A DNA stretch of 63,937 bases, filler included, from Collodictyon triciliatum (GCA_043381765.1; 6 parts of 6 records of this genome joined end to end with filler, not necessarily neighbours in it), one strand, 5' to 3'; positions 33,858 to 48,768 are shown, numbered from the whole stretch's first letter. Notes: generated from the letters alone by a model not told the origin. Translations and numbers: made by a program.

Positions 33858-36283
33858 GTGATGTTTGGTGGGTCTGTTTGCAAGAATTGGATGTATGAGT
33901 GAAGACCACGCCAAAAATAAGCATTACCGAAACGACACCATACAAAAAGTTGAAGGCCTTCTTAAAGACAATGGGGTCTGACGGTGCCTCTGCGTATTCA
34001 CGGGGATCTTTATGTCAAGTAGTTGTGGTGTTCAGTATCAACATGGCATCCAATAATATAAAGCTGTAAAGTGCAAAAAGGGAAATGAATGGTAGGATTT
34101 ATTTTTATTTGTAATTGGCATATATAAACTAAAGAAAAATAAAAACTTCGGCCTGGCTCGCTTAAGTCAGGGTCATAAACCATTCCATTCTCCTTTTCCA
34201 CAAGGCCACCAACGATGGGATAACTATTTCAACCCCGAAACAGGTTGGTAAAAAAGAGGTTGCGCAAAGACATTTCGAAGAGTGATGGCAAGAACAGACC
34301 AATGGAAATATGCATCAACGTCTCCTCCTAACACAATTGCATATTTTTTTACCCTCCTCCACCAGATATCATGTAGGTGAGGCCACCCGCAGCTGTTGTG
34401 GTCACACGTCCATTGAGAATAGGAGGGTACCTTCATGGAAATGTATCCATTATTTCACTTAATTTGTATATTTTTTTAGGGTTGATGAGTTGAAAAATCA
34501 CAAACTAAATAATGCAATAGATTAAAAAAAATTATGATACAAAAGAAAAACAGCAATTTACCTTTGATAATCGTGCCAGTGTCCCGTGAGAGCAATTTGT
34601 ACACCATACTTCTCCAGGATGGGAGTTATGAGATTGTGGACACGGGCATCAACAATCCTACCCTCAGAATAGGGAGGTTTATGCATGATAACGATCTTCC
34701 AGTCTTTGCGGGTGCCGTTCAGGTCGGCCTCCAACCAAGCGAGCATTCCATCATTGGGTTGGCTGGGGGCATTATCAAGGGGCGTTTCTGTGTCCACGCT
34801 AATGTAATGGATTGGTCCCCAATCAAATGAGAAATATCGACCCTTATGATCCGCGCGGAGGGCATTTTGTGGTTGAAAGAAGTTCTCGATGTATGATTCG
34901 GCCCTTGAGCAAAATACACGTCAAAGAGCATTTAAATTGCTGGGTAAAATAAAAACTCATCTTAAGGAATTAAATATGAGTCAATCGAATCGCACACTAT
35001 GTTCTTGGTTGATTCGTATCATTTATAGTTCTTTTTTCTTCGTTTCATTTACAGTTAGTATACGTATTCTATTTTCTCTATATTCGACACGCAAAGTTGT
35101 TTGTTACCCGTTGGCATAGTAGTCATGGTTACCGGGCGTCAGGAACAATGCCTTCTGAGTAAACTGTTCCTTGTATATATCAAAAAGTTTCCTGCAAATT
35201 TTATGCAGGCGATTAATTAAAATGTAGAACCAAAGTAAATAACCTTGATACAACTTCACGCTGCGTTCTTCATTGTATAAGCCGCAATAATATTCTCACC
35301 CACATATGTTTTTCTCTGCAATTCTTTGAGGTTTAAATGGACACTCACTCAGCATATTGTGAATGAGTCCCAGTAAGATAAACGTTGTCTCCCAAGGCGA
35401 GCATGTGGTCTGCCCGACTGTATCTGGACCACATAGCGTCTCGAACTTCGCGTTGAGCAGGGGTTCCTGCTCCAAAGTCACCCCATGCGATGAAAGAGAC
35501 TGGATTCTTTGAGTCTGCAGGCGGAGCTGTTTTGAAGAAGAGACCCCCCACGATTTCCTCGCGTCCGACAAATATCCTATCTGCAAATTAATCAAGCTTA
35601 TATATAGAATACAGTGGCAAGGCTTTGGCCCTCGTCCAGCTTTTCGAGACTCGAGAAAGAAAGTGGGAAAATAAAAATAGACTTCATACAGCAGTAGGAT
35701 GTCTCTGGGGAGAGGCGGGTCGCAGTTACTGCAAAGAGATTGATACTTCCCTCCAAAAGACTGATACTAATGGTTCTATATTTTCCACCTAAGGCATAAG
35801 AATGAGCGAGGTTGTCATCTTACAAGGCAACTCCGTTGACAGAAGAAAGTAAAAAAAAAATAAAAAAAATAGGTGCATAAGAGCATGAAACTTCTATGCA
35901 TGTACGAGCAAAGGGCACCACGAAACGCGGGAAAATATATGGCGGTAGATAAGGGGCAGACTGAGCTCGGTGGCTGTGCCATCTGGTGCTGTGAAGTAGA
36001 GGGAGCTTTGTGTCACAGAGGTTGGGACGGCCCATTGGACGGTCACCGAATCGGCTGAGACGGCCGTAAGATAAGGCCAACGGAGCAGACGAGCGTTGGA
36101 CCCAGGCAGAATCCCGAGGCAGCTGTTGGAATACGACCCGCCAATGGCCTCGTTTCGGGCTGTTTCCTTTGGCACATTGATGTGTGTGTCGGCTAATTGC
36201 GCCGGAATGGCGAAGGTGTAGAGCGCAAAGAACAATCCAAAGCCTGCAGCAGTAGCCACACTCAGACGGGAGCGGCCTGTCAT
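33682..36283 (-). CDS. Purple acid phosphatase-family metallophosphoesterase with signal/anchor and N-terminal FN3-like domain (multi-exon)
   Basis: All five metal-binding blocks present: WGDFG, LGDNVY, PGNHDY, VIMHKPPY, TGHWHDYQR; N-terminal LLRWPYL...SVTVQW; C-terminal LEALDRFGSVFDSVTL; TAA at 33682. Confidence 0.9.
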
Positions 36284-37257
36284 GACTCACTGAGCAAAGT
36301 GTCAGCGAAACAGAGACGCCTTGAACAGGTTCGGGGTGGGGTGTTTCTCAGCGTAAGAGATGATATCATAGGCTAATGTCTGTTTTATATATCGCTGGCT
36401 GCGCTCATTCACTCCTCTCATCGGTGAGGGGAATTAGGGGTATTGCGTGCTTTGTGTGACTCTGTGGCTGGCCAATGAGCGCAGACTGCGCCGCGTAAGC
36501 TTAGCCATGGGTTTTGAATATGTGCTCTATTGTTGTGGGAACGGAAATGTAACTATGCCGGTTGTTCCCAACAAGAAGATGCATATGTATACACAACATA
36601 TAATATACATACGATATCAAATTTAATTTACCATCAAGTCTCAATTTATATTAGATGAAAAGTAATTCACTATATATTCCAGAAAAAATATACCAATTCA
36701 GAATCGGTTGTAACCGCCTAGTACTTGTAACGGAAATAACGAATTTATGCCTGTCCCGACAACCTTCAACAGATCAATTTGCTTGATCACCACAGATGCG
36801 CACCCGATCAGAATGATTGCCAAGCACCCGACTCATCGCCACGAACACTCGCACGCACCCAGCGTGTAGCATGATGTACCACCCACCCACGAGGTCTCGT
36901 ATCTGAGCGTAAACTCACTCGCAGTCGTGTAACTCAGTCGCTGGTCAGGCTGTTTTCACGCAAGCAAGAGTTAAAAAAAAAAGAAAGTGTTGCCTATTTT
37001 TTTTCTCATGTGTTACGAGGTTGCAGCTCCACAATGGCCGCATCCCCTTTTCATTTTCTTTCATTTTTTTTCACTGCGCTTCGCAGTGGTGCAGCAGGAA
37101 ACATAGGGAAATCAGAACCTTTTGTACCTGCGCTATGTCTTTCTTTTAGTCTCTTTCAATGAAACTCTGCAGAAAGCTGATTATGCTAGTATTTCCCTGA
37201 CTCGTGTGTGAATTGTGTATAGGTCCACTCTACACTCACAGACAGCGAGCCCAGGAG

Positions 37258-40188
37258 ATGCTTCCATTCCCAAACGTTGCACTTAAGCGAGACGGAAACG
37301 CAGAGGTTTGTGTGGCCACGATCTTTTCCGATCCACTCCCAAACTGACTAGCTCTTCCTTCCACATAAACATGCTCAAGGAATGGCAAAAAAAACCCCCC
37401 ACCAATTAATCCAGAAGGACTTTAAGTTCTTGAACCCTTCGCGTTTGCTGAAAGTCTCTCTTTTTAACAACTGATCCGCCCTTCGCTTTAGAGCTTCTCA
37501 AAAAGCCATGCCTTCGATGTCCGTGGCGGAATGCGAGTCTGCCACGATGATGCGCCGGGAATCGGCGGAGTCACACTTCCGGGACAAAAGCCGCGCTCCC
37601 GCACAAATGAAGCCAGCGTCACGAGACTGCCCAACTACCCACGAAGTACGCTTCCTCCTCACTCTGCATCGCACACAGCGATCTTACCCTGTTCAGTGGT
37701 CGACCGAACCTTTCTATTGTTCATAACACTATCAGAACCCCCAAGAACAATCAAAAGAACAATCAAAAGAACAATCAAAAGAACAATCAAAAGAACAATC
37801 AAAAGAACAATCAACAAAAGAACAATCAACAAAAGAACAATCAACAAAAGAACAATCAAAAAACAATCAAAAAAACAATCAAAAGTACAATGAAAATAAG
37901 GAAAAGATCGAACGGCACACTTCCTTCCTGAGACCTTCTCTTCCCTTCATTTAGATGCATACGGCCCGCTGCCCTCCTGGCTAGTGTATGACCGGCATGT
38001 CCTTCGCTTCGAAGCCTACTTCAAGGAGGCCGTCCACGAAAGCCGGCTGGAGCAGTATCGCGTTCGAAGGTAACCAAAAAAAAAAAACACCTTGCATAGT
38101 CTGTCGCTGCCTTTTCCTTCATCGCGACTGGTGTTCCACGGGAGACCATCCAAGTTTCGCAAATGCACTGGTCTACTCGGAGCAGTCTAGAGTCTCTCTT
38201 CTGCGCGGTTTGCACACTAACCCCGGTCTCTTTCTCTGCTGCTGTACTTGCCTCTGATCCGCTGCGCAGATGCCTGATCTACTTCTACCTGGAGGACGAC
38301 ACCATCCACGTGGCTGAAACGCGGCAGGAGAACAGCGGGCTTCCGCAGGGCGTCTTCATCAAGCGGCACCGCATTCCCAAGGAGGGCGAGCTGGACGCGT
38401 TTTACGGGGCTGCAGATCTCGGGATTGGCAAGGAGGTGACGTTCTACGGACGCACATTCCGCATCGTGAACTGCGACGGATTCACGCGCACGTTCATGGA
38501 GTATCTTGGCGTCCCCATGGGCGAGAGCGAGGAGCTGCCGCCCGACCCGCACACCATCTACCGCAACATCATCAAGGAGAACACAAAGGCCACGCGGCCG
38601 ACTAAGGCGCTACACGATCCGCTCGGCCAGTTCCTTGCTTGGGACCGCAAAGTCTTGCGCTTCAACGCCCACTGGGACGACTCCACAAATCTCTTTGGCG
38701 ACCGTCGCGAGTTCACCATCTTCTACTTCCTGGCCGACGACACCATCGAGATTGTCGAGTGCATCGGCTCAAACTCGGGCAGAGACCCGTTCCCCAAGTT
38801 CATCCGTCGTCAGCGCATCCCCCGCCAGTTCCAAGGCGTCATCGCCTTTGGTGCCCCCCAGACATACTACAGCGACAGGGACCTTGGCGTCGGCGCCTCC
38901 GTCGATATCTTTGGCCGCACATTCTTTATCTACAACTGCGACCCGTTCACTTCCCGCTACTATGATGAAAAGTACAGCATCAAGTTCCGCTCCGTCCCCA
39001 TGCCACAGCACCAGGAAGTCCCCATCCCCAGAGTGCGTCTTTATCCCCTTCTCTTCACCTTTTCCCCTCACCCTTTCTTCATTTAATCTCTGGCATCCTT
39101 TTTTTTCTTCTTCATATACAACAGCGCCAATCTGCGTAGGATTCGCTGCATCATTTCCGTCGTCCCCATCTTTAGTCTCTATGCTCGCCTGTACACATGC
39201 ATCTATCTTGCACGTATTCATCCATATGAATATTCTCCCCGGCTCACTAGGAAATGCCGCCGTACAACGGGTTCGGCTCAGAGGAGGACACGCTTGGAAA
39301 CTGCGTGAGCCTGATACCAAAACCTCCAGTCAAGAACTTCCACAAGTTGATGATAAACGACCGGAAACTACTTCGCTTTGCCGGGCGCATGGATACAACA
39401 AGCTCCATCGACCAGAGACGGACCTTCGTCATCTCCTACTTCCTCGCAGACGACACCATCACAATATTCGAGCCTCCAGAGAGGTACGCAAACACCCACC
39501 ACCAAAGTCGCACAATCCGCAAGACTTTGTCCTAATCCCTTTCCTCCATCTTCGTCTCCCATCTTTCAGAAACTCTGGCGTTTCAGCTGGAAAGTTCCTG
39601 GAGCGCATGCGCATCAAAAAGCCAAACTCGAACGACTTCTACGGACCGTCAGACTTTTTCGTTGGAGCCACCGTCGAGTTCCACAACTTCAGATTCTTTT
39701 TGTTCGAGGCGGACGAATACGCGCTGCAGTTTATGGAGATGCATCCGCAAGTCTTCCCCATGTCAGACATCGAGCGCGTGCGTCCGCTCGCACGAGACGT
39801 GGTTGGCCGCTCAGGCCTGGACTTGGCTGCCCTCTGCCAGCGTCAGGACAAGCAGAGCCAGGGCTGGCTGACCTTCGAGGAGTTCCGCGACATCTTTGGC
39901 GCATTCCCGGGCTTCAACCTCACCGAGCAGGTCGGTCATCTCCACTTTGCGCACACCCACGCAGTCTCATCTCTTTTTCCTGCCTCTTCTGTTCTTACAT
40001 TCTTTGTTTTTCATGTGGCTGTTGATGCTGTTATATCTATGATGTTTTCGTTCGTTCTTCCTATTCCCTGACGCGGCTTGTCTCTCCCTTCTCTTCTCCC
40101 ACCCAAGGAACTGCTGACTCTGATGCGTGGATTCGACACACACAAGAATGGGACGGTGGACTATCAGGCTTTGTGCCAGGCCCTGTGA
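37258..40188 (+). CDS. EFHC1: RIB72/EFHC1-type axonemal protein (three DM10 domains plus EF-hands)
   Basis: Three DM10 motifs (DRHVLRFEAYF...YFYLEDDTI; DRKVLRFNAHW...FYFLADDTIEI; DRKLLRFAG...SYFLADDTITIFEPPERNSG), PPYNGFGSEEDTL, C-terminal EF-hand-like loops; consistent GT-AG introns. Confidence 0.92.
37743..37885. repeat. (AAAAGAACAATC)n 12/15-mer repeat in a RIB72 intron
   Basis: Visible tandem repeat. Confidence 0.9.
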
Positions 40189-40441
40189 CCACCCAGCCTC
40201 TGATACAAACACTAGCCCCCTCTCGGTTCTTCCTGCTCCCCGGCTGTCTTCTTCTCCCTTCCTCTCTTCCTGTTGTCTTTCTTTTATCTGGCAAATAAAC
40301 CCACCGATGACCCGAACCCCGCAACATCGCGCACAAGGCTGATTCTGCAGGGCGATCAAGCCATCAGACCCGCAGCACCCGCTTCCTCACCGCCTTTTCT
40401 TCTTCTACCGACAGCCGAGATCTCTTCAAGCCAGCCCCACG

Positions 40442-40732
40442 ATGGAGAAGAAGGCCAAATACGATCGGCAGCTCCGGTAATCACAGCCGTGCGGAGGCAG
40501 CGCATGATTGCTCAAAGGCGCTGGCCAAAGCTTTCTCTCGCCCCTTCCTACACGCTTTATGTCTCTTTATTCATTCCTTACCTTCCTTGTTTCTTTCTTT
40601 CTCATGACTCTATACAATTCACTTCTAGCTTGTGGGGAGAGCACGGACAAGAGCTCCTTGAAAACGCAAAGATTTGCCTGCTCAACGCCACCGCCCTCGG
40701 CACAGAAACACTCAAGAATCTCGTTCTACCAG
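40442..40732 (+). CDS. NAE1: NEDD8-activating enzyme E1 regulatory subunit (APPBP1/Ula1/AXR1), first two exons only
   Basis: Spliced [47 protein letters not shown]. Confidence 0.9.
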
Positions 40733-40879
40733 GTTGCCTTTCCTTTTGCCGCTCGCTCTAACTCCGTTCTTACCTCGTCGACTTTGCTTACCTTTTTTCG
40801 TAGCTGATTTCTCTGTTCCTCTCTATTATTTGAAGCAGACGATAAAAGCATTCTTTTTGTGTATGTTTATGTATATTTC

Positions 40880-41560
<681 letters not shown>

Positions 41561-41699
41561 AGATTTAGCATACAGTTGGTTGATAATCCATATGTATATT
41601 TTCGTGGATTCCATTGTATTAAGACGTCATCATAAAGACATGATTTTTTACGGCATACATCATAAGTTGATTGCATGCAAATTTAGATGAAAGTACTAA

Positions 41700-44600
41700 C
41701 CTCCTCATATTTTTTCAGCTTTTGCAAGGCTTTTGCCTTCTCATGTATGTAAACTGGGTTGTCTTTCAACCGAAGAGCATCATTAAATCTTACAAGGGCT
41801 TTCTCAACTTCTCCAAATTTTAGGTGGCACAAACCAGCATAATAGTAGCTAAAAAAGAGTTCCTTGTAATTTTTTCCAAGGAAAACAAAAACAATATCAT
41901 ATCAATTTTTTTCTTATTCGGTGTTTTAACTGATTGAGAACGCCAACGAACAGAACAAATTCAGCTACACATACGAAGGATCCCAAAGTGGTTTCTGCTC
42001 CATGAGTGTTCTGAAGTCCAACATCGCATTCTCGTAGTTTTTCATAGAAAAATATGCAAGCCCACGATTGAAAACCACTCGAAGATTCATCCTTATGTTC
42101 AGGCACTTTGTCAAGTCCCTATTAGAATCATTGGTCATAAAATTAATTTTTTTTTATTTACTAGATCAATTACATACAAAATTCATATTTATGACATTCG
42201 TGTATGTGAAACTAAAAAGTTTTTCTTAATGGAGAAAAAATCATCTTTATCTCGTGTACCTATCACAAAAAAAAATGAAGTAGTTTATATATTGCCGGAT
42301 AAGCTTACTCGATAGCTGCACGAAACTTTTTCATCTCATAGTGGACTTGACTTCGAACCAGAAGGCACTCTTCTTCTTCATTTTCTTTCAAGCTCTGACA
42401 TTATGTTTAATGCATTGAATTGAAGGAGCTTAAATTTCTCCAATCATAAAAATCTAATTTCTACCTTAAAGCCATCCAACATCGACGCGAGAAAGCTAGA
42501 CACTATTTTAGAGTCAACGGAGAAAGAAGAGTGATACGATGATAACACTAAAATTGAATGAACTTTTTCCTGCATAATTAGGGTGAATGAGAACTTTGAT
42601 ATTCAACAAAGATATAATACAAAGGTATATTTATAGATATGATAGTTGTATTACATCACTTTTGCGAGGCTCGGGCTCTTCCAATTCCTCTGTTTTCTGC
42701 GTGGAGTCTTTCTTTGCAGAAGTGGATGTCTCTTGTGTTTTTGTGCAGAATGCTATGGCCTGGTTAATATCAGATAAGGCATCATCATACAAGTGCAGCG
42801 ATCTGTGTGCCATCGCCCGATGTCTCCACAGCTTTGCATCTAAAATATGGTTGTAGGGCTGAGTAAAAATGTTACATGTCTGTACATAACTACATCTAAA
42901 GGTATATGGCATCTGCGAATACCTTTCTCGTTCAGCGTGTTTGCGTGATCAAAGTCTTGGATTGCTTCTTTATATTGTCCAAGATGCTGCTTTACACAAC
43001 CCCTAATCAAATAGCATGCATAGCTGTCCGACTTTAAACTGATAGCCATGTCCAAGTCTCTGTAGAATTGTTTTTAGCAACGCTTTGTAAATAAATTAAC
43101 CAACAAGTGAAGCCCAAAACCTTTCATCTTTCACAAATTTAAAAAAGAAAAATAATCCAGCAATATCAGACGATGGCCTTTATGCAATTCACTTATTTTA
43201 ATCATAAAGTAACAGAAAACACGCAATATTTGCATATAGAATCTCACGCTTTCGCTGATTCAAATTTGAACAGGTCAAGAAATGCAGCCCCTCGGCATTT
43301 ATACCCGATGTAGGAGTCAGGTTGTGCGCTGAAGTAAAAAAAAAAGTTTATCTAAAAGAATATAATTTTTTGTAGCACCGTGCGGCCATAACAAAGCCTT
43401 CATACTCAATAATACGATTGAACGATGTCACAGCCAAGTTGAGCTGTAGCTGTTGATGCCTGTATAAGTGCATTTACAATTTAAACAACTGAAATAAGAA
43501 AAACGGCTATGAAGAATATGCAAAAAGCGATAGAGAAATACACTAAAATTTTACAGCGAATAAATTAGCGACGTCATAAAGCGCCAAAAAACTGATAAAG
43601 TAAAGTAGTTAGGATGAATAATCAGAATGATAAGAATAATCATAACTATGAGAACAATTATAATATTTAGAACATTTGGAACGATTAAAAGTATTAAAAC
43701 ATTAATAGAAGATATGGTGATAATAATTACATATTTGAACCATATAATTCAACTACCTTAAAATTCCAAGGTAATAGCAAGATGATATGTCAGATGCATC
43801 AAGATCCACCGCACGTTCGAATAGCTCACATGCTTTCTTAAAGTCTTTAAAATGGGTGTATGTTTAAAGGAAAATTAATTGAATGGAGTGTAAGTGGATG
43901 AATAAATATGAAGAAACGAATCAGCAAATCAACTAATCAGCAAATCAACTAATCAACAAATCAACAAATCAACAAATCAACAAATCAACAAATCAACAAA
44001 TCAANNNNNNNNNNNNNNNNNNNNNNNNNNNNNNNNNNNNNNNNNNNNNNNNNNNNNNNNNAATAAGCAAATAAATAAAAGGACACAATAATATAAACTA
44101 AATTGTTTATACAAAAAGATGCTAAAACTACCATTCATCTCCATCAAGCACATAGCATGTGAGCGTGCGTAGCACGAGTAGTTTGGTTCGATTTTCTCCG
44201 CTATTTCAAAGTCTTTGATGGCCAGGTCATATTTCTGGTTTATTTATTTCGTGTTTAAGCAAGAAAATATAAGGAGGCTATTTGAAACTATTGAATGATC
44301 AAATTATTTTCGGGAAGGTTTTCACGACTAGACCTCTAAACTAAAGTATATGAGCCCACGATGATAGAACATCTGATCCGTTGGGTTTAATGATATTGCT
44401 TTTTCCATGTCTTTGAGTGCATATTCGAATATACCCAAATGGAAGTAAGCCATCGCACGATTACTAGCACATCTAATTATTATCCTTTATTACTTATCAT
44501 CATTTTTCTAACATAATTATCATTACGTTGTTATAATCTAGCGTTATGATGGCTAAGAAAACACTAATAAAGCGTAACAACATGTGAAACAACGGCGTGA

Positions 44601-46554
44601 AACATTAACTTTAAACAAAAAAGTTCATTCAAAAAACATATATTTGATCTTCAGTATTTTAAATGTGTAATGCAAATCAATTACACAAAATCATCTGGTG
44701 AATAACGAGCTGCTGTAGTAAAACTTGATACAGCGTTGTCATAGCTTTTCATTAGAAAATGTGTCATTCCAAGATGTAAATGTGCAACGGGGTTCCTAGA
44801 TGATTTCTTGTCAATAATACTGAACAAAAAGAGGACGTGCAAAATGGGATAGAATGATTAAAAATCATGTGCTTAATTAAAAATTATTAGATTCGGTATA
44901 TGAATTTTTGCATTCATATTATTCATGTTTTGTTTTTTTTTTTTTTAGTGTTTTATTCTATTCCGTTGATGCAAGGCGAGATATTTTGATAATTTCTACT
45001 TTTTTACTGTATGTGATAATCATAGTTGACATTGATGTTTTTTAAGACCTAGTTATCATATAAGACATATTGTCGTCGTCAATCTCAAATTAAAATTCTT
45101 TAAAAATTCTAGAACCTTGCATCCATATCAACAGCAGTCTGAAAATCATGTAGTGATTGATGGTGGTCATCCAATTGTCTGTAACTTAAACCCCTACGAA
45201 AATGTAGCTTGCTAACCTTCCCAGTATCACAGAGTTTGATAGCGTTTGTGAAATCTTCTACAGCCTATGAATCATTTAGACTGACTGTTGATTAAAGCAA
45301 ACGAAAGGTCTAGGTATGTAAAAATGATTCCAGAGTCATTCTAGCAGAGCTGAGAAATACAAAACTGCTTTGAACTGGCCTTGATCGAAGTTGATTGCAC
45401 CTCGTTTGTAGTACAAGTGCCAATCAGATGAATTCATGGCGATGGCGATTGTTAGATCCTGGCTCATTTCATTTATTCACATTATTCTATAATTTGATCA
45501 TACGAACAGACGCATAATATCCATGCAATAGAATATGAAATTTGGTAGGGTTTATTTCTTTGGCAAAAAAAAAAAAAAAACGAAGAAAAATAAGACAGTC
45601 AGATATATAACCCACTCTGTTTGCTTCATCCAATTGATGAAGCTTTTTGTATGCCTCCGACCTCGAAACTGGCCATTATTAGAGTAAATATTAACTTTTT
45701 GGGCTTTACATATTCGAATTTAATAAAGGGAAAACATTTTGGGGTATTCAAAAAATAAGTGATTTTTTTTATATATTACGGTAGTATTCAGGAATTGATC
45801 CTTCTAGTTGAATCGCTGTGGTAAATTCAGATATCGCACTGCACAATTTTTCTTAGTGTTACAACTTACAAAGCATCCAATAAAGTATACAATTCTGCAA
45901 AGAAAGAAATTTAATGACAAAATTGTGAATGATAATGATAATGATAATGATAATGATAATGATAATGATAATGATAATGATAATGATAATGATAATGATA
46001 ATGATAATGATAATGATAATGATAATGATAATCAAATAAGAATATGAATAATATACGGCTCTTGATGGCTATGTAGCATACTATTTTCCGAACCTATTAT
46101 ATTCTTTCATTTTCATGATGCAGAGAGCACGAGCGTAATAATTCTTGCTGACATCAGGGCTCAGAGATATTGCCAAACTGAAGCGCGTCAAGGCTTCCAT
46201 ATATACACCCTTATTCATAAAGTGCATGCCTTCTTTGTAGTTTTCTTGTGACTGCAAGGCAAAAAAAAAAAAAAAAAGGATCAAAATCTCGATTCTCGTG
46301 TTTTTTTTTTAAGTCTTTCATCTTCTTTTTATAGAATATTCTTTTTTGCTTTGTATTTCAGCATTTACATTACATGCTTTGGCATGAAAATAGGCTGAGG
46401 AGAGAAGGAAAATGATGCGAAAAAAATAATAATGAAGGACTCGCTTTAAGGTTTCACTAAAAAGAGCCTGATCACATGCCTGAAAAGTTGGTGTTTTGAC
46501 CGCGCGATCTGCTGCTCTACGTAGCCGCTCGCTGACTAGTAAGCTGTGGTTCAT
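41700..46554 (-). CDS. Multi-TPR repeat protein, many exons, 3'-truncated
   Basis: Repeated TPR consensus: YYARALCIMKMKEY, YLIRGCVKQHLGQYKEAIQDFDHA, WRHRAMAHRSLHLYDDALSDINQAI, FNRGLAYFSMKNYENAMLDF, YYYAGLCHLKFGEVEKAL. Confidence 0.85.
45927..46031. repeat. (ATGATA)n intronic microsatellite
   Basis: Visible tandem repeat. Confidence 0.95.
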
Positions 46555-46708
46555 TCAACGCTGGCGCTGGTTTACAGAAGCTCCTTCATTACAGATGGAC
46601 TATTATTGTTGCTACCAGTTTGATAAGGCTTTTCGCCTAACTTGAGATGTTCGAACGCGAGGCGGTGTGTGTGCATTTACGAAAAATACATACTATACAA
46701 CTATTCGG

Positions 46709-46850
46709 AAAGAAAGAAAAGAAAGAAAAGAAAAGAAAAGAAAAGAAAAGAAAAGAAAAGAAAAGAAAAGAAAAGAAAAGAAAAGAAAAGAAAAGAAAAG
46801 AAAAGAAAAGAAAAGAAAAGAAAAACAAAAAGAAAAACAAAAAGAAAAGA
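46709..46850. repeat. (AAAAG)n microsatellite
   Basis: Visible tandem repeat. Confidence 0.95.
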
Positions 46851-47404
46851 AAGATGCGAGCGGCGAAGAAGACGGCAGAGGACACGATCTTAGAGTGGTC
46901 TGCTAGCAAACGCAGGCATACTTCGCTGTTCCGGCCATAGTGTAAGGTAGATGTAGCGAGGCATCGCGAGATATCTACCATCTCACGCTCAACCCTTCGT
47001 GTCCACGCAGTTAGAAAGTTATTGGGTGCTTCTCCTAACCCACTCGATATCCTTGATTTCTTCCCGGTGGTGTCTTCTACCCGCTCACATCTTCCGCCCG
47101 CGACTGCTCTCAACCGCACGCGCTTTATGCACGCTTCGTATAGTTGGAACAGTAATATCCGGATTGAATGATGATGGTTGGTGTTGATTGATGGTGATGG
47201 TGATATGGCACGAAGGATGCGCATTTGAAGTGGTAAGGCTTCTCTGGTGGAACCGATGGAAGAAAAACAGCAAACAAACCAGGCTTTGTTGTTGAGGAAG
47301 TCTGTATTTGAAAGGGCGAAATTCAAGGCTGGGAGCAGAGGACAGCAGGAAGACAAAGAATAATGTGGGGCTTTGAGTGGGGCGGGAAGATCAAGATCGG
47401 CTCC

Positions 47405-47605
47405 TCAGGCGTTGAAACCCTTGGAGCGGAGACAGGCCTTGTGGGCCTCGATGAAGGACTGGCAGTTTTCTTCTCCTTGGAGAACAACGCACTCATCGCG
47501 GGCCTTCTTTGTTTCGGGGCAGGCGCAGCATGGCTTCAGCTTCGGTGGCTCGGGAGTCGGCGCCCCAGCAGGAGGTTGTTGGCTTTGACTTTCTGTTGAG
47601 CTCAT
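47405..47605 (-). CDS. COX17: Cytochrome c oxidase copper chaperone COX17
   Basis: [16 protein letters not shown]...ENC...[15 protein letters not shown] copper site plus twin CX9C. Confidence 0.96.
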   Translation of the reverse strand: MSSTESQSQQPPAGAPTPEPPKLKPCCACPETKKARDECVVLQGEENCQSFIEAHKACLRSKGFNA

Positions 47606-48768
47606 ACCGCAGGCGACCTTGGTTCTGGTGAGTTGTTTTGTATATGTCTCATCTTGTCTCGTTTTTTTGTTTTTTGTTTTTTGATTATATATTTTGTTTA
47701 TATTTTTCTATTATGCTTTTTTTTGTTTTCTTTTGTTTTGTTTTTTGTTTTAGTTTTTGTTTTGTTTTGTTTTTCGTTTTTGTTTCTTTTGTTTCTTTTG
47801 TTTTTCGTTTTTCGATTTGCTTTTTTGTTTTTTGTTTTTTGTTTTCCGTTTTGCGTCTTGTCTTATTTTTCTAATAGAATATTCCATTTTCAGATCCACA
47901 GAAGGAAGTGGTGCATCATAATCTTGGTTAATGCATTCCAGAATAGAGGAGAAAATAATCCGGGTTTCTCCTTAAAGAGCATTCCATATTAAATTTGAAA
48001 ATTAGAAATCACAGTGCAAAGAAGGAAGTTGCCGTTGCAGAAAATAGGGTCAAAGGGTGTATTTGTGGTGGTCAAAGAACTGACAGTATGTAGTTGAAAT
48101 CACATGGAAAATAAAAACCTCTAATCAAGTCAGAAGGACTTAAGCATCGAAAGAGAAAAAACCACACACAACACATCGGCCTCCAAAAGCGAACGCCATT
48201 TGGAAGTTCCTCAGAGACCCATCACTCGAGACCGCAGCTATCGTGCTTGTTAGGAAAGACACAATATAACCAAAGCCAGACCATCGGAAGCACAAACCCG
48301 TGGACTTTCTCCAAGACCGTTAGTACAACCTATTTCTTCTCGCCAGCCGAACCTGATAATATCATCATATCACTTATTTCTGACCAGAACTCGCAGACTC
48401 TCAACGCAACGCATACAATCTTTTTCTAATGGCAGGAGTGAGTCTAAACCCGGACACAATTGTAAAAGTCCACAAAATCCCTTGAAAACTTGAACACAAT
48501 TCATAGTCAACATCACCCAGGAAGCTAATATTTGATACTGTCCTTCGGAATATTTTTATTGATTGATTAATTCACAACCTATATTATACATTTCCGCATT
48601 ATTTAAGTCTTCGACGTCTCTCGTGAGTCGCTTTCATCTCTAACAATCCTTTAAGAAGCCTCCTACTTGGAGTAGTATAAAAGCCAACAACAACGAAGTA
48701 TATCCGAGATATAATGCCCCGCTCCAAGCTATCTGTAAGTGTTATACCAACGCCTTTTTATCAGACAG

